Shown here: in pieces, positions 62,116 to 64,000 of the stretch
Position numbering within the stretch: position 1 is the stretch's first letter
How the letters are laid out: each line of letters begins with the position of its first letter
DNA from: Octopus vulgaris
Lineage: Eukaryota
Assembly: GCA_951406725.2 (NCBI GenBank)
Contig: OX597822.1
Span: 21,018,001-21,082,000, forward strand
Reading direction: 5' to 3'
DNA length: 64,000 bases
Program-made: the position numbers and the translations under genes
The notes under the pieces: model-generated
The model's database searches: none
What the model was told of the DNA's origin: nothing
What the model saw: only the letters and a program-made list of their open reading frames with translations

Positions 62116-62222
62116 TATATATATATATATATATATATATACCAAAGGCCCTGTCATAGTGTTAAACAACTTAATGAATTAAGTCTATCATCTAAAAATA
62201 ATTGCCTATATATAAGTGCCTG

Positions 62223-62267
<45 letters not shown>

Positions 62268-63021
62268 GTGTGCCTGTGTTTTACTAAACGGCTAAAATTT
62301 TTTTGCAATTATGAAGTCCCCAGTTTTGATCTGTGTAGTACCTTCCGTAAACATCTACTGTAACCTTGAATTAGCCCGAGCATTGTGAGTAAATTTAATG
62401 AGACAAAAACTGTGTGGGAATTCAGACAAAATGTTCCTGTTATATAAAGAGCATCAACTTCGACATACACAGAATTTTATGATCATGGCTGAAAATTATA
62501 TGAAGGGAATTAGTGTATGGGAAATACTCACTCCCTTAGAACATTGCTTTATAAACTTCCTTCACAACTGATCTCACTCTACCAGACAAATTTCCTTGTG
62601 ACCGTTTTTTTTTTAGTATTAAAAATTCAATAGATAATAAAATAATATAATCTATGTTTGTGATAGATGACTATTAGAAATAACCAATTAAAATTCAGAA
62701 AATATAAAGCAATATAGATATGAGATGAAACTTTACTAAAAGCATAAAATGTATCATCAAAATATCTTCAGTGGGAGGAGTGTGTTTCTTTTTTTATCGT
62801 TTATTGTAGCTTAAAATTTGTCAGTGATGCTTAGTGTGTGTGATCAAAAAGTTTGCTTTCCATGTATGTGATTTCGAGTTCAGCTCCACTGCATGGTACC
62901 TTGGGCAAATATCTAATGTACAACTAGTAAATTTGGTTCACAGAAACTGCAAAAGTCCATTCTATCTATCTCTCTCTATATATATATATATGCATATGTA
63001 TACATGTATACATATACATGT

Positions 63022-63323
63022 GGAGGTGCAATGTCCCAGTGGTTAGGGCAATGGACTCGCGGTCGGAGGATCGCGGTTTCGATTCCCAGACCAGGCGTTG
63101 TGTGTGTTTATTGAGTGAAAATACCTAAAGCTCCACGAAGCTCCGGCAGGGGGTGGTGGTGACCCCTATTGTACTCTTTTGCCCCAACTTTCTCTCACAC
63201 TTTTTTCCTGTTTCTTGAGTAACACTGTGATGGTCTGGCATCCCGTCCAGCTGGGGGGAACACATATGCCACAGAAACTGGGAAACCAGGCCCATGAGCC
63301 TCGCTAGGCTTGAAAAGGGTGCA
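63022..63323 (+). mobile_element. tRNA(Arg)-like-head SINE with the same head as 6737 but a different 3' half
   Basis: First ~190 bp align with 6737-6930, then diverge. Confidence 0.85.
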
Positions 63324-63324
63324 T

Positions 63325-63537
63325 GAGCATGGCTGTTGCCAGTACCACCTAACTGGCCCTCATGCCGGTGGCATGTAAAAGCACCCACTACTCTCTCAGA
63401 GTGGTTGGCATTAGGAAGGGCATTGCTGTAGAAACTCTGCCAGATCAGATTGGAGTCTGGTGCAGCCATCAGGTTCGCCAGATCTCAGTCTAGCATGGAA
63501 AGCGGACGTTAAACGATGATGATGATGGTGATGATGA
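63325..63537 (+). mobile_element. RTE LINE 3' end
   Basis: gtggttggcattaggaagggcatt...ggacgttaaacgatgatg. Confidence 0.8.
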
Positions 63538-63791
63538 TACATTGTTTTATTTTGGGACGGTCATTTTATTTATTTACTTTTTGCCATATAAACACACACA
63601 CTATATATTTTTTTCCTTCACTTGTTTATTACTGGTATTTTATTATTCTAATGCCTGTCCACTGTCAGGACAGTGGACAGGTGTTAAAATAATATAATAA
63701 CAATAATAAACAAGTGAAGAAAAAATAGGGTGTGTGTTTATTTGGCAAAAAAATAATAGATAAAATGACCATCCTGAAATGCAACAATATC
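63536..63791. repeat. Fold-back inverted repeat (~125-bp arms, 2-nt apex) with one-sided tail to ~63845
   Basis: cctgtccactgtc-ag-gacagtggacagg; ttcacttgtttatta / taataaacaagtgaa. Confidence 0.85.
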
Positions 63792-64000
63792 TGTTTCAAC
63801 ACACAATTTCACATCAAGAATCTTGCAAAGCAAATTCATAAACACATATATATATATATATATATATATACTCTTTTACTCTTTACTCTTTTACTTGTTT
63901 CAGTCATTTGATTGTGGCCATGCTGGAGCACCACCTTTAAAACAGCTAAAAGAAGGAGGTGTCAAAAATGCTTATTTTTCTTAACTTGACATTCCATTTT

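Overview
AT-rich, repeat-dense animal genomic DNA, intronic or intergenic. The SINE/LINE repertoire looks like an octopus/coleoid cephalopod; this is an inference from recognised repeat families, not a database result. No intact host gene is visible, and almost all listed ORFs are microsatellite read-throughs. The window holds kb-long (TA)n arrays, tRNA-derived SINEs, 5'-truncated RTE LINE ends, non-autonomous Helitrons (TC...hairpin-CTAG), a decayed DD37D Tc1/mariner, two MITE types and two decayed Penelope-like retroelements (RT and/or GIY-YIG). The most striking signal is a dense set of short non-coding elements in or next to (TA)n tracts. Many carry type I hammerhead ribozyme motifs (about 12 clear or degenerate motifs in about 6 sequence families). 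They occur as asymmetric fold-backs, as a greater-than-unit-length circularly permuted ~360-bp monomer, and once as a clean insertion with a 13-bp TSD. Together this suggests a diverse retrozyme-like, Penelope-dependent ribozyme retroelement system. Coordinates were read by eye and are approximate to a few bases.
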